A DNA stretch of 64,000 nucleotides from an uncultured Candidatus Saccharibacteria bacterium (GTDB taxonomy: Bacteria > Patescibacteriota > Minisyncoccia > Phycocordibacterales > Zambryskibacteraceae): contig CAYHDI010000001.1 of assembly GCA_964355645.1 (NCBI GenBank), forward strand, positions 92,897 through 156,896, read 5' to 3'. The position numbers and the translations under genes are program-made. Each line of letters starts with the position of its first letter. Position 1 is the stretch's first letter. Under the pieces are notes generated by a model. That model did no database searches and had not been told where the DNA came from. It saw only the letters and a program-made list of their open reading frames with translations. Positions 18,662 through 27,956 of this stretch are shown one piece after another.

Positions 18662-19324
18662 TTAGTTGCGAAGCCGTTTTCTCTTGTTGACACTCGGTGT
18701 CAACACAGATTCCCCCTCAAGTTCTTTCAGGAGGTCCTTCTTTTTAATGATGTCTTTTAGTGACTCTTCTGCGAACTTTTTATACTCCAGAATGTTTTTA
18801 AATTGTTCTAAAATTAAATTTTTTGTGCACAATTTATTGCCAGCCTTTCCCATATACTCATCCCAGCTTGATTTGTACAAAGCACTTTGAGGATAACGAT
18901 GGACTTTATTATTAAGGTTTACATAAACACTTGTATGCAAAAGTTGCTCATTTGTTTCAATATGCACGGCTTTAAATTTTCCTTGAAAAAGAGAGCCACT
19001 TCTTCTGTTTCTAATATTAAAATATTTTGCGTAACCCATTCCTATTTTATGCATAAATCGTTCCACCCCTTTGTCACAAACTTGACGGAGAATGAAATGA
19101 TAGTGGTTCGGATTTAAGCAATAGGCAATAAATTCTACTAATTTTTTACTCCTTGATTCGGAATGGTTTCTATCAATATTTCCAATCTTTTCTGAAGTAT
19201 TGAATTCAGACATTCCCTCAATAAATCTGTCTAAATCTTTAGAAGAAGTAAAAATAATTCGCTTATCAACCCCTCTGTTGAAAATGTGGTAAAATTCATT
19301 TTCTTCAAATTTTAAGTTTCGCAT
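18662..19324 (-). CDS. Y1 (HUH) transposase, IS200/RAYT-like
   Basis: HUH-type motif NPNHYHFIL with a downstream catalytic-Tyr region. Flanked on both sides by the identical hairpin GTTGACACTCGGTGTCAAC. Confidence 0.65.
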   Translation of the reverse strand: MRNLKFEENEFYHIFNRGVDKRIIFTSSKDLDRFIEGMSEFNTSEKIGNIDRNHSESRSKKLVEFIAYCLNPNHYHFILRQVCDKGVERFMHKIGMGYAKYFNIRNRRSGSLFQGKFKAVHIETNEQLLHTSVYVNLNNKVHRYPQSALYKSSWDEYMGKAGNKLCTKNLILEQFKNILEYKKFAEESLKDIIKKKDLLKELEGESVLTPSVNKRKRLRN

Positions 19325-19370
19325 ATTTCTTTATTTGCTTCACATTATCATGTTGACACTCGGTGTCAAC
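18686..19370. mobile_element. REP-flanked RAYT unit (palindrome-Y1 transposase-palindrome)
   Basis: Identical 19-nt hairpins (8-bp stem GTTGACAC/GTGTCAAC, loop TCG) at 18686-18704 and 19352-19370 bracket the Y1 transposase gene. Confidence 0.6.
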
Positions 19371-19373
19371 GGA

Positions 19374-21317
19374 CTAGTCAAATGATATATCAAGTAATGG
19401 TTTGCTCTTCCACGAATCTTCTCCTTCAAAAGTTTCTTCCTCGGTTAGTTCTTCGGGGATATCAAAAATAAATTCTGAAGGAATGTTCACTTGTCTTGAG
19501 CCGAAGATAGTTCGCATCTGGGCATATGAAAGGAAAATTTTCTTCTTGGCCCGAGTGATGGCCACATAGAACAGCCTTCTCTCCTCCTCCGCCTCTTCGG
19601 GTGTGATATTTTCTCTAGTGATTTTTTGATGAGGAAATAGTCCATCCTCAAGTCCAGAAACAAAAATTGTGTTGAATTCTAGGCCTTTTGAGGCATGAAC
19701 GGTCATCAATCGAACAGAGTTTTGTTCTTCCTTGAGTTCATCTTGATCACTATTTAAAGCCGAATCAGAGAGGAGTTGCTCTACCCCCTCTTCCGGATTC
19801 AAATCATCGTAGTGCTTGGCAAAAGCCACAAGCTCGTAAGCATTTTCTAATCTATCGAGATCTTCGCCCTGGTTTTCTTTCCATTCTTTTTCTAATCCCG
19901 AAGCTTTCAAAATGAAAGTGATGATTTCGCTCGGGTGTTTCTCAATCGTGCAAGCTTTTATCTCTTCGAGCAGAGAATAAAAATCTTTTATTTTTTTCTG
20001 AGTGGTTCCGGTCAGGCCCGCTTCAGCTCCAGAAAATAATTTGGCTACCGAGGCCTTCCCTATTCCTCGTGCAGGAACATTGATAATCCGTTTGATATTA
20101 GACAATCCGCTTGGATTAAGCGAAGCCCGGAGATACGCAAGGATGTCTTTAATTTCTTTGCGTTCAAAAAATCTTGTGCCGATAAGTTGATACGGCAGGC
20201 GATGTTGCATGAAGGCCTCTTCGAGAACTCGGGATTGAAAATTGGCTCTGTAGAGGACAGCAATTTCTCTCGGCTCGGTTCCCTCGCCGATTAGTTTCTC
20301 AGCTTTCGAAGCGATGAATTCAGCCTCGGCTGATTCGTCGAAGCCTTGAAAGATTCCAATTTTTTCTCCAGAACCTTGAGAAGTGAACAAAGTCTTCTTT
20401 CTGCGAATTTTGTTTTTCTCTATGACTGCGTTCGCTGCCTCAAGAATAGTTTTGGTCGAACGATAATTTTCTTCAAGCAAAATAATTTTCGCCTCGGGAT
20501 AATCCTTTTCAAAATCCAAAATGTTTTTTATGTCTGCGCCTCTCCAAGAATAAATGTTTTGATCTATATCCCCTACCACACAGATGTTTCTCTTCGGCCC
20601 AACCAAGAGTTTACAAATCTCGTATTGCACCCCACTCGTGTCTTGATATTCATCCACATGAACATAGTCCCAAGTTTTTTGATAAAAATGTCTGACTTCA
20701 AGATCAGTGCGCAAGAGCCACGCCATTTTTAAAAGCAAATCGTCGAAGTCGAGAGCCCCGTCTCTTTTTAAAATCTTTTCGTATTCTTTCCAAACCATCT
20801 CAACCACATCCGAGAAGTATCCTCTTTCGCTTCGATTCTCATAATCCGTTTCGTTTAATCCCCGGCCTTTCTCTTTGGAAATAATCGAGAGTACTCGAGC
20901 AGGGTCATGAGTTTTCACATCCAAACTGCACTTTTCGAGAGCCTCTTTTACCGCCTTTTTGCTATCATCTCGATCGAAAATAGTGAAATGTCGTCTAAGT
21001 CCGAGTTTGGCCGACTGTTCCTTGATGATATGAACTCCGAGCGAATGAAAAGTTGAGACAAACGGCCGTTCATTCATTGAAACCGGTTTGTTTATGGTTC
21101 TGTCTTCAGAAAGCATCTTTTCTATCCTCTCCTTCATTTCTCGAGCCGCTTTGTTGGTGAAAGTAATAGCCAGAATCCTCGAAGGAGAGGTCCCATTTTT
21201 CACCAGGTGTTTAATTCTTTCGGCAATGGTCTTGGTTTTGCCCGCCCCAGCCCCGGCCAAAATCAAAAGCGGTCCTTCGGTAGTCGAAATTGCTTCTTTT
21301 TGCCTTTCGTTTAGCAT
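19374..21317 (-). CDS. pcrA: ATP-dependent DNA helicase PcrA/UvrD
   Basis: Walker A LILAGAGAGKTKTIAER and ITFTNKAAREMKERI, with UvrD-family motifs throughout the 647-aa product. Confidence 0.9.
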   Translation of the reverse strand: MLNERQKEAISTTEGPLLILAGAGAGKTKTIAERIKHLVKNGTSPSRILAITFTNKAAREMKERIEKMLSEDRTINKPVSMNERPFVSTFHSLGVHIIKEQSAKLGLRRHFTIFDRDDSKKAVKEALEKCSLDVKTHDPARVLSIISKEKGRGLNETDYENRSERGYFSDVVEMVWKEYEKILKRDGALDFDDLLLKMAWLLRTDLEVRHFYQKTWDYVHVDEYQDTSGVQYEICKLLVGPKRNICVVGDIDQNIYSWRGADIKNILDFEKDYPEAKIILLEENYRSTKTILEAANAVIEKNKIRRKKTLFTSQGSGEKIGIFQGFDESAEAEFIASKAEKLIGEGTEPREIAVLYRANFQSRVLEEAFMQHRLPYQLIGTRFFERKEIKDILAYLRASLNPSGLSNIKRIINVPARGIGKASVAKLFSGAEAGLTGTTQKKIKDFYSLLEEIKACTIEKHPSEIITFILKASGLEKEWKENQGEDLDRLENAYELVAFAKHYDDLNPEEGVEQLLSDSALNSDQDELKEEQNSVRLMTVHASKGLEFNTIFVSGLEDGLFPHQKITRENITPEEAEEERRLFYVAITRAKKKIFLSYAQMRTIFGSRQVNIPSEFIFDIPEELTEEETFEGEDSWKSKPLLDISFD

Positions 21318-21537
21318 TATTTACACACTATAGCATGGTGGATATGTCGATTGCGGTGGCTGGTTATGAGCGTATAATGAAGGAGCGGTACAGAAGTATA
21401 CAGTGGGCCAGAAATATGGCCATACAGAGCCACCGACCGAAGAACTATAAATTTAACCCAAGTTTATTTCTAAAAAGTTAACCCTCAAAGGCCTTTTCTC
21501 GTCTCTCAAAGCCTTTGGCCTCCAAAATCCCCATATT

Positions 21538-22536
21538 GTGACAGGACTGCGAATCTCGCTCGTGACCGCTTTTTCTGTCCTTGTTGTGGTGCCTTCTCTA
21601 GCCAACGCCCGCGGTACTACCTTTTCTAAGGCTCCGGAAGTCATAATTAATCAAACCTCTCAAACGATGGCCTTGCTCGAGGCTCCAAAAAACATTAATC
21701 CAAGCGTTTCTGTTGGTCGAACTTTGGCTATTATAGATAATAGTGCACTTTATTATGAAGGAGACAGTGGTACGGCTTTCATTGATGCAGGCAAGTCTGG
21801 CACGGGCCAAATTAGTGTTTATGTGGTCAGAAAGGGTGATTCCCTTGCCTTGATTGCCAAGATGTTCGGAGTCTCAACCAACACCATCACTTGGGCCAAC
21901 AATCTTAAGGGAGGAGTTATCAAGGAGGGAGATCAGCTTGTTATTCTTCCGGTTTCAGGAATCAAACATACGGTGAAAAAGGGCGACACTCTCCAATATA
22001 TAGCCAAGCTTTATAAAGCAGATATAAACGACATTCTTTCATACAACGATGTCACTATTGATACAAAATTAGGTATCGGGGATGTGATTATTGTCCCGGA
22101 CGGAGAAATTGTTACCATCTCTATTTCTTCTGGTTCTTCAAATCAGTCGAAAGAACCTTTGCTTTTGAATGTAAACAATTATCCAACTTATGCGGGTTAT
22201 TATCAAAGACCAATCAATGGTGGAAGAAAGACTCAAGGAATTCACGGATACAATGGGGTTGACCTGGCGGCTCCTAAAGGTACTCCGATTTATGCAGCTG
22301 CCGATGGACGGGTTATTATCGCTCGAACCTCCGGCTACAACGGTGGATACGGACTCTATGTGGTTATTAGTCATACAAATGGCACGCAAACAGTTTATGG
22401 CCATATGTCCAAAGTAAATGTTTCAGTTGGCCAGAATGTTGTTCGGGGTCAAATCATCGGCGCAGTCGGCAACACCGGTCGTTCAACTGGTTCTCACGTC
22501 CACTTCGAAATCAGAGGGGCAAAGAATCCGTTTTAA
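21538..22536 (+). CDS. secreted peptidoglycan hydrolase, 2x LysM + M23 peptidase
   Basis: Signal peptide, two LysM repeats (YVVRKGDSLALIAKMFGV..., HTVKKGDTLQYIAKLYKA...), and an M23 core (GVDLAAPKGTPIYAAADGRV...TGRSTGSHVHFEIR). Confidence 0.85.
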   Translation: MTGLRISLVTAFSVLVVVPSLANARGTTFSKAPEVIINQTSQTMALLEAPKNINPSVSVGRTLAIIDNSALYYEGDSGTAFIDAGKSGTGQISVYVVRKGDSLALIAKMFGVSTNTITWANNLKGGVIKEGDQLVILPVSGIKHTVKKGDTLQYIAKLYKADINDILSYNDVTIDTKLGIGDVIIVPDGEIVTISISSGSSNQSKEPLLLNVNNYPTYAGYYQRPINGGRKTQGIHGYNGVDLAAPKGTPIYAAADGRVIIARTSGYNGGYGLYVVISHTNGTQTVYGHMSKVNVSVGQNVVRGQIIGAVGNTGRSTGSHVHFEIRGAKNPF

Positions 22537-22591
22537 GAGTTTTCCCCACTTCAAACAAATATTGTAGAATACTTGCTGTATAATTTGTTGC

Positions 22592-22990
22592 ATGCAAACA
22601 CAAAACAATAAACGTCCTATTTCTGCTTTTATTCTTGCTTGGTTGTTCTTGCTTGGTGGAGTATTCGGGATTATCGGTTCGATTCTTACTTTAGTGATCG
22701 TTCTTTCAACATCGGGTTCGACTGATGTTGCTTCTATTCAAATTCAAAATCTGAAAGGGATGTCTTTTTTGGTTGGAGGGTCTGGTGTAGTTATGGGCAT
22801 TTTAAGTATTATCGTGGCTTATGGTTTATTCAAAATGAAAAGATGGGCACTTGTTTTGCTGACTATTTTTGCTGCTACCGAAATCGTGTTATTCTTCGCT
22901 ACTTCTTTTCAGATTGGTAATCCAGTCTTTCTCCTCATCATGATAGTGCTGACGATTTACTTCTGGATGATAAGAGAAAAGTTTAATTAA
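22592..22990 (+). CDS. small 4-TM membrane protein
   Basis: 132 aa, four hydrophobic helices. Confidence 0.45.
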   Translation: MQTQNNKRPISAFILAWLFLLGGVFGIIGSILTLVIVLSTSGSTDVASIQIQNLKGMSFLVGGSGVVMGILSIIVAYGLFKMKRWALVLLTIFAATEIVLFFATSFQIGNPVFLLIMIVLTIYFWMIREKFN

Positions 22991-23002
22991 CTCGCCGAGC
23001 TC

Positions 23003-23060
23003 TCTCACATCAAATTTTTTGGGGCGAGATTCAACGGCTTCGAGAGCGTGAATATGGTTT
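23003..23060 (-). pseudogene. degenerate duplicate of the comM 3' end
   Basis: Minus-strand reading gives NHIHALEAVESRPKKFDV, against DHILEAVEYRPKKFDV* at the true comM end (23623-23670). Nucleotide identity is about 38/50. Confidence 0.4.
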
Positions 23061-23233
23061 GACAATCTAGCGTCAAGCCGTATACTTAATGTATTAGGTC
23101 CCTTCGGGGGACTCCGAGAAACCCGCCCTTCGGCGGGTTTTGATTTTGGCTACTTGCTTTATTTTAGGAGTTGACTATAATAATCATATTATGGCTTCGG
23201 CCTCCGAGGACCTCCGCAAGGGGGTCCGATTTG

Positions 23234-23617
23234 TTATAGTGATTCTAGCCAAGCGTTCTTAAGTTCGTTGAAGATTTTTTCATCAAGTACATCCACCTTG
23301 CGTAATAATCGTTTGTTGCTGATCACTCGCATTTGGCTAAGCTTTGCCCATATAACTCTTTCTTCCGTTTGAACTTTGTAATGGAATCTATCAGTTTTTT
23401 CTTTAGTAGTTAAAGGTAAGATTACAGCTGTTTCTTTGTTGTAAACTTTCATAATAATAACTGGGCGTTCGAAATTTTCATTCTTTCCGTCTATTTCCGC
23501 GCCAACATTAAGACCTAACGAACACCACCATATCTCTCTTGGGTGTACATATTTGGTAATAGGAGCTTTTTCAAGTTCCTTTTTATTTTTATTCCATGTG
23601 TCAAAATCTTTTTGCAT
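23234..23617 (-). CDS. PemK/MazF-family endoribonuclease toxin-like protein (no adjacent protein antitoxin)
   Basis: REIWWCSLGLNVGAEIDGKNENFERPVIIMKVYNKETAVILPLTTKEK aligns with B. subtilis EndoA/MazF ([28 protein letters not shown]...AIVAAITAQ). Confidence 0.55.
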   Translation of the reverse strand: MQKDFDTWNKNKKELEKAPITKYVHPREIWWCSLGLNVGAEIDGKNENFERPVIIMKVYNKETAVILPLTTKEKTDRFHYKVQTEERVIWAKLSQMRVISNKRLLRKVDVLDEKIFNELKNAWLESL

Positions 23618-23622
23618 TTGTT

Positions 23623-25164
23623 TTACACATCAAATTTCTTGGGCCTATACTCGACGGCCTCGAGGATGTGGTCGCGGGTAATTTCCTTAGAATTATCCAA
23701 ATCAGCGATGGTGCGAGCGACTTTAATCATTCGGTGATAAACACGCGGAGAGAATCCTAATCTATCGGACGCAAGATTGAGTGCAGATTTAGCTTCTGGT
23801 TCAAGGGTGATGAAATTTATCAAATCACGCGCACTCATCTCAGAGTTTTTTAATAAATAGGTTTTGTTATTTTTGTTTGATTCAGAAAATCTGGCGCGTT
23901 GAATATTCCTTGCATCAATCACTTTGTTTTTAAAGAATTCACTCTTGGCCCCTTCCTCAATACCTGAAAGTTGTTCAGCATTAATTCTGTCTACTTCAAG
24001 CCAAATATCTATACGATCAATAATCGGTCCGCTCATTTTTCTTCTATATCTTTGGAGTGATGTGGGAGTACAAATACAAGGTTTACCCCGAAAACCATAA
24101 TTACCACATGGGCAAGGATTCATGGCGGCGATTAGTAATACATTTGCTGGGAAGTTTGCTGTACCCTTCGCCCGAGCAACAGATATAACCTTATCCTCTA
24201 GTGGTTGTCTTAAACTCTCTACAACTCGTCTTTCAAATTCCGGAAATTCATCCATGAAAAGTACTCCACGATGAGCAAGAGTTATTTCTCCAGGTTTAGG
24301 CGTCGCTCCTCCACCAACGAGTGAAACATAGGATGATGTGTGGTGAGGCGAACGAAACGGGGGCTCGGTAATAAAATTAGCCAATGTACCAGCCACAGAA
24401 TGGATACTGGTGGCTTCGAGCGCTTCATCAAACGAAAGAGAGGGCAAAATACCAGAGAAGGCTTTGGCCAACATTGATTTTCCTGTTCCCGGAGGGCCAT
24501 ACATGGCCACATTGTGTCCACCAGCAGCGGCGATGAGCAGTCCCCGTTTGGCCCTCTCCTGTCCTCGGATATCAGAGAAATCAACACTAGAAACTTTGGT
24601 TTCTTTTTTAAATTCAGTTGTATTATTTTTTGTTAAAAGCCTTTTTTTGGTTAAGTGCCCAATTAATGAATTTAACGAATCAACCCCGTAGACATCTATA
24701 CCACTGATGATGGCGGCTTCTTCTGCATTTTCTTTAGGCACATATAATTCTTTGATACCTTTTAATTTGGCAAACTGAGTGATGGGCAATACCCCGCGTA
24801 CTGGGCGAAGTGTCCCATCCAATGATAATTCTCCAAGGAAAACTTTTTTCTCCGGATCAAAATCAATTTCTTCTGCAGATAATAAATATGAAAGGGCCAT
24901 AGCCACATCAAATGATGGTCCCTCCTTTTTTTCTGAGGCCGGGGCGAGGGAGATTACAATTTTATGGTTCTGTGCCTTTGGAGAATCATAACCAGAATTT
25001 TTTATGGCCGAACTTAATCTATCTCTGGATTCTTCTACGGCCTTATCTGGTAGTCCAACAACAGCAAAGGCATAAAGTGTCCGGGGCGTGATGTCAGTCT
25101 CCACAGAGACAATCCCCGCTGATAATGCTGAAGTCTGAGCGCTGTAAACTTTTGAGAAGCTCAT
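23623..25164 (-). CDS. comM: Mg-chelatase-like AAA+ protein YifB/ComM
   Basis: N-terminal Lon-like domain, Walker A GPPGTGKSMLAKA, and the YifB C-terminal domain. Confidence 0.9.
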   Translation of the reverse strand: MSFSKVYSAQTSALSAGIVSVETDITPRTLYAFAVVGLPDKAVEESRDRLSSAIKNSGYDSPKAQNHKIVISLAPASEKKEGPSFDVAMALSYLLSAEEIDFDPEKKVFLGELSLDGTLRPVRGVLPITQFAKLKGIKELYVPKENAEEAAIISGIDVYGVDSLNSLIGHLTKKRLLTKNNTTEFKKETKVSSVDFSDIRGQERAKRGLLIAAAGGHNVAMYGPPGTGKSMLAKAFSGILPSLSFDEALEATSIHSVAGTLANFITEPPFRSPHHTSSYVSLVGGGATPKPGEITLAHRGVLFMDEFPEFERRVVESLRQPLEDKVISVARAKGTANFPANVLLIAAMNPCPCGNYGFRGKPCICTPTSLQRYRRKMSGPIIDRIDIWLEVDRINAEQLSGIEEGAKSEFFKNKVIDARNIQRARFSESNKNNKTYLLKNSEMSARDLINFITLEPEAKSALNLASDRLGFSPRVYHRMIKVARTIADLDNSKEITRDHILEAVEYRPKKFDV

Positions 25165-25173
25165 AGCTCTGAA

Positions 25174-25530
25174 TTATTCCATGTGCTTCTTGCAGGTTGA
25201 AGCGGCCGGGTTGGCTTCCAATCTATCTGATTCTATTTCTTCACCGCATACTCGGCATATGCCGTAGGTGCCCTCGTCGATTCTCTGTAAGGCTTCTTTG
25301 ATTTCTTGAAGCTTCGGTTCAAGAGAGTTTACTATCGCGTTGTTGCTCTCATATTCATCTATACTGTTTCCTGCGGTGCTTTCTTCGTATACAGTGTCAT
25401 GCTCCTCGGGTACAGCTTCCCAGTCCCCTTCTCTATCAGGATTTTTTCTAGCAACTTCCAGTAGTTCTTTTTCAAGAAGAATTTTTTCATCGCGGAGCTT
25501 CTTTTCAAAATGTTTGGTGTCAATAGTCAT
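25174..25530 (-). CDS. DksA/TraR-family C4 zinc-finger regulator
   Basis: Coiled-coil N-terminus plus C-terminal CxxC...CxxH-type zinc finger (ICRVCGEEIESDRLEANPAASTCKKH). Confidence 0.7.
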   Translation of the reverse strand: MTIDTKHFEKKLRDEKILLEKELLEVARKNPDREGDWEAVPEEHDTVYEESTAGNSIDEYESNNAIVNSLEPKLQEIKEALQRIDEGTYGICRVCGEEIESDRLEANPAASTCKKHME

Positions 25531-25562
25531 GGAAGTATTGTATCAAAGTTGCTGGCCTCCGC

Positions 25563-26486
25563 CTAGCGAGAAAGTTTGGACGTGTTCAGTCGAATGATGA
25601 GGGCCCGCAAGCTCGGCTCGTTGTCTGTGATGATGAGCATGTTGTTGTCGTAGAACGAATAGAGAAGGAGAGTATTGTTGTTTTGGTCTTTGATAACACG
25701 AGCGTCTTTGTTTTGAATAGTGACATCTTGAAAAGGAATATCGCTCGGCATGTTTGAGACTGTCTCATCAGAAGCGAAGAGGGGCAGGAGGTCGTTCGAG
25801 AGGTCTTTCTCCCATGCGAGCATTCCTGCATAAGAATTTTCAAACGAATCAAGCTTGACTAAGAGGAAGGTGTGCGGAGTCGAACTCGCGAGAGATGTGT
25901 CTCCTATTAATCCGAGCATGAAGAGCGGGTCGAATGCTCGAACAAGACTGGCCTGAGCTTTGGTATTCAAAATATTTAAAAAATCTTCAGTGTTGATGAG
26001 AGGTGTACTCGTTGAGTTCCTTTTTAATTGTATCTGTTCAATATTTCCAGATTTAATTTCTTTGTTTCTCTCGAGATTAAAGGCGGAGAGGAAAGAATCT
26101 CGCGCCAAACCCGAAACATTCAAATCAACGGAGATTTCCGAAGAAATAAACTTATTTGGAACGATAGTCACAACAGGCAAAGCTGATTTTGTTTTGTATG
26201 AGGTGTAGGCGTAGAAAATTCCAATTCCGCCCAAAACAAAAAAGATAAGTGTCCCGAGGACAAGGAGCAAAGTTTTCTCTCGAGATTTCCTCAAAGCTTC
26301 TTCTTCGGGAGTTCTACGAGGAGCGAATTCATCGCCTCCGCCCTGTTTGACCAATTCTGCACGACGAATAGAAACGAGTGATTCATTTTGGTTTTTGAGC
26401 GCATCAGCTACGTCACCTTGATAGGTGCGAATTTGTTTAAGAGAGGAATTTTCTTCTGACTTTGGACTTTCGACTTCAGGATTCAT
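25563..26486 (-). CDS. membrane-anchored hypothetical protein
   Basis: One TM (LLLVLGTLIFFVLGGIGIFYAY). Confidence 0.45.
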   Translation of the reverse strand: MNPEVESPKSEENSSLKQIRTYQGDVADALKNQNESLVSIRRAELVKQGGGDEFAPRRTPEEEALRKSREKTLLLVLGTLIFFVLGGIGIFYAYTSYKTKSALPVVTIVPNKFISSEISVDLNVSGLARDSFLSAFNLERNKEIKSGNIEQIQLKRNSTSTPLINTEDFLNILNTKAQASLVRAFDPLFMLGLIGDTSLASSTPHTFLLVKLDSFENSYAGMLAWEKDLSNDLLPLFASDETVSNMPSDIPFQDVTIQNKDARVIKDQNNNTLLLYSFYDNNMLIITDNEPSLRALIIRLNTSKLSR

Positions 26487-26500
26487 TCTCTTATTCTACC

Positions 26501-27061
26501 TTATCTTGAGACTCTTTCACGAGTTCGTCTATCTTCCAAACCCATCAAAAACTTTTTTGGATTGGCATCGAGATCGAAGAAGTCATCGGCGACTTCAATC
26601 AGTTTGGCTGACGAGGATTTCCCGAAGGCCACCACTTCTACTTGTGTACCGTGAGTGTTTTGTAAATATTCTATAAGAGAAACGAAGTCGCCGTCGCCCG
26701 AAGCGATGATGACTGTGTCTAAGTGTCCTGCCATTTTAACCGCGTCCATGGCAAGGTCGATGTCCCAATTGGCTTTCTTCGCTCCACCGATGAAAATCTG
26801 TAGAGGTTTGGTGCGGGTTTCTATCCCTACTTTTGAAAGGGCTTCAAAGAAGCTTTTCTCTTCCCCCGTTTCGGTCGAAGCCACATAAGCAATAGCTCGA
26901 ACGAGGGTTCGTCCGTCTAAAACTTCTTTTAAAATGGCTCCGAAATTTGCTTTAGAATGATAGAGATTCTTCGCACTATGATAAATGTTTTGCGTATCTA
27001 TGAAAATGCCGACACGCTGGGCCTTGTGTTTGATAATTGACATGAAAATTATTCTTAACAC
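26501..27061 (-). CDS. NYN-domain (LabA/DUF88) protein
   Basis: RVGIFIDTQNIYHSAK...DIDLAMDAVKMAGHLDTVIIASGDGDFVSLIEYL matches the NYN fold motifs. Confidence 0.8.
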   Translation of the reverse strand: MLRIIFMSIIKHKAQRVGIFIDTQNIYHSAKNLYHSKANFGAILKEVLDGRTLVRAIAYVASTETGEEKSFFEALSKVGIETRTKPLQIFIGGAKKANWDIDLAMDAVKMAGHLDTVIIASGDGDFVSLIEYLQNTHGTQVEVVAFGKSSSAKLIEVADDFFDLDANPKKFLMGLEDRRTRERVSR

Positions 27062-27092
27062 TCGGTGTTGAGATTCCCAAACACCGAGTGTT
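27057..27092. repeat. REP-like perfect inverted repeat AACACTCGGTGTT-N10-AACACCGAGTGTT
   Basis: 13-bp arms seen directly. The core ACACTCGGTGT is shared with the RAYT-flanking hairpins. Confidence 0.7.
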
Positions 27093-27106
27093 TGTATAAA
27101 CGTGAT

Positions 27107-27373
27107 TTACTTCTTCAGACCGAGTTTCTTTTGGAGAGCGAGAGCCTGTTTAGGACTTTTCTTCTCCAGATACTTCATATGCGCCTGTCGTCCAGCCACC
27201 ATCGCGAGTAATCCTCGGCGAGAGTGATTGTCCTTGGCATTTTTCTTCAAATGTTGAGCAAGCTCTTCTATGCGCTTCGTAAGTATTGAAATTTGTACAG
27301 CCGCAGAACCCGTATCCTTATCATGGATTTGGGCTTCTTTGATAACTTTGGCTTTTTTGGTCTTGGAAATCAC
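27107..27373 (-). CDS. rpsO: 30S ribosomal protein S15
   Basis: DTGSAAVQISILTKRIEELAQHLKKNAKDNHSRRGLL is the canonical S15 sequence. Confidence 0.9.
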   Translation of the reverse strand: MISKTKKAKVIKEAQIHDKDTGSAAVQISILTKRIEELAQHLKKNAKDNHSRRGLLAMVAGRQAHMKYLEKKSPKQALALQKKLGLKK

Positions 27374-27461
27374 CGAATAACGATAGCATACAAGCCCAAA
27401 TTAAGCAAATCGGACAGTTTTGGATAGAAAAAAGCACAGGACGTGTCCTGTGCGTTGACGG

Positions 27462-27851
27462 CTATTCCCCGATTCGTTCGTTGATGATTTTCGTGAACTC
27501 AACGAGAGTACTGCGGGGAAGACTCGCAAAAAACACATCAACGAGTTCCGTTGCCTCAGCGAGCTTTGTCTCCTTGGGGAATGGTGACAGGCTAATAGGC
27601 ATTTCACGAAACTCGATGACTATGTTGTTCGGCAGATTGTGATTAGTTAGTCCAATAGGTGCCGTCATTCGAACAAATCTGGTTCCAGCCCCAACCTTTG
27701 GAGCTGAGAAATCATCTTTGTTTTCAATGACGATTTGAAACCCGCGAACAACACGGTTTGGGTCTAGGGTCCCTGTCCCTAATCGTCGAATGATATCCGC
27801 ATACATGCGCGACAGTTTCCCGAGTACTGCGTCAGCGACCTTGTGGGTCAT
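27462..27851 (-). CDS. hypothetical protein
   Basis: 129-aa ORF with no motif and slightly elevated GC. Confidence 0.35.
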   Translation of the reverse strand: MTHKVADAVLGKLSRMYADIIRRLGTGTLDPNRVVRGFQIVIENKDDFSAPKVGAGTRFVRMTAPIGLTNHNLPNNIVIEFREMPISLSPFPKETKLAEATELVDVFFASLPRSTLVEFTKIINERIGE

Positions 27852-27956
27852 GGGACGTCTCCTTTTAAGAGGGAAAAGAACGATTGCCTAGTGTAGGCGT
27901 TACTCATCTTAGTATTAAATAGACTCCCCGTCAATGGTTTCTCGGGACATGGTATA

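Noticed and set aside
23090-23232. RNA antitoxin (type III-like) for the lone MazF-like toxin
   Set aside because: The hairpins are not tandem repeats and sit downstream of the toxin stop between convergent genes. They are more simply explained as bidirectional terminators, though this was kept as a speculative note in the findings.
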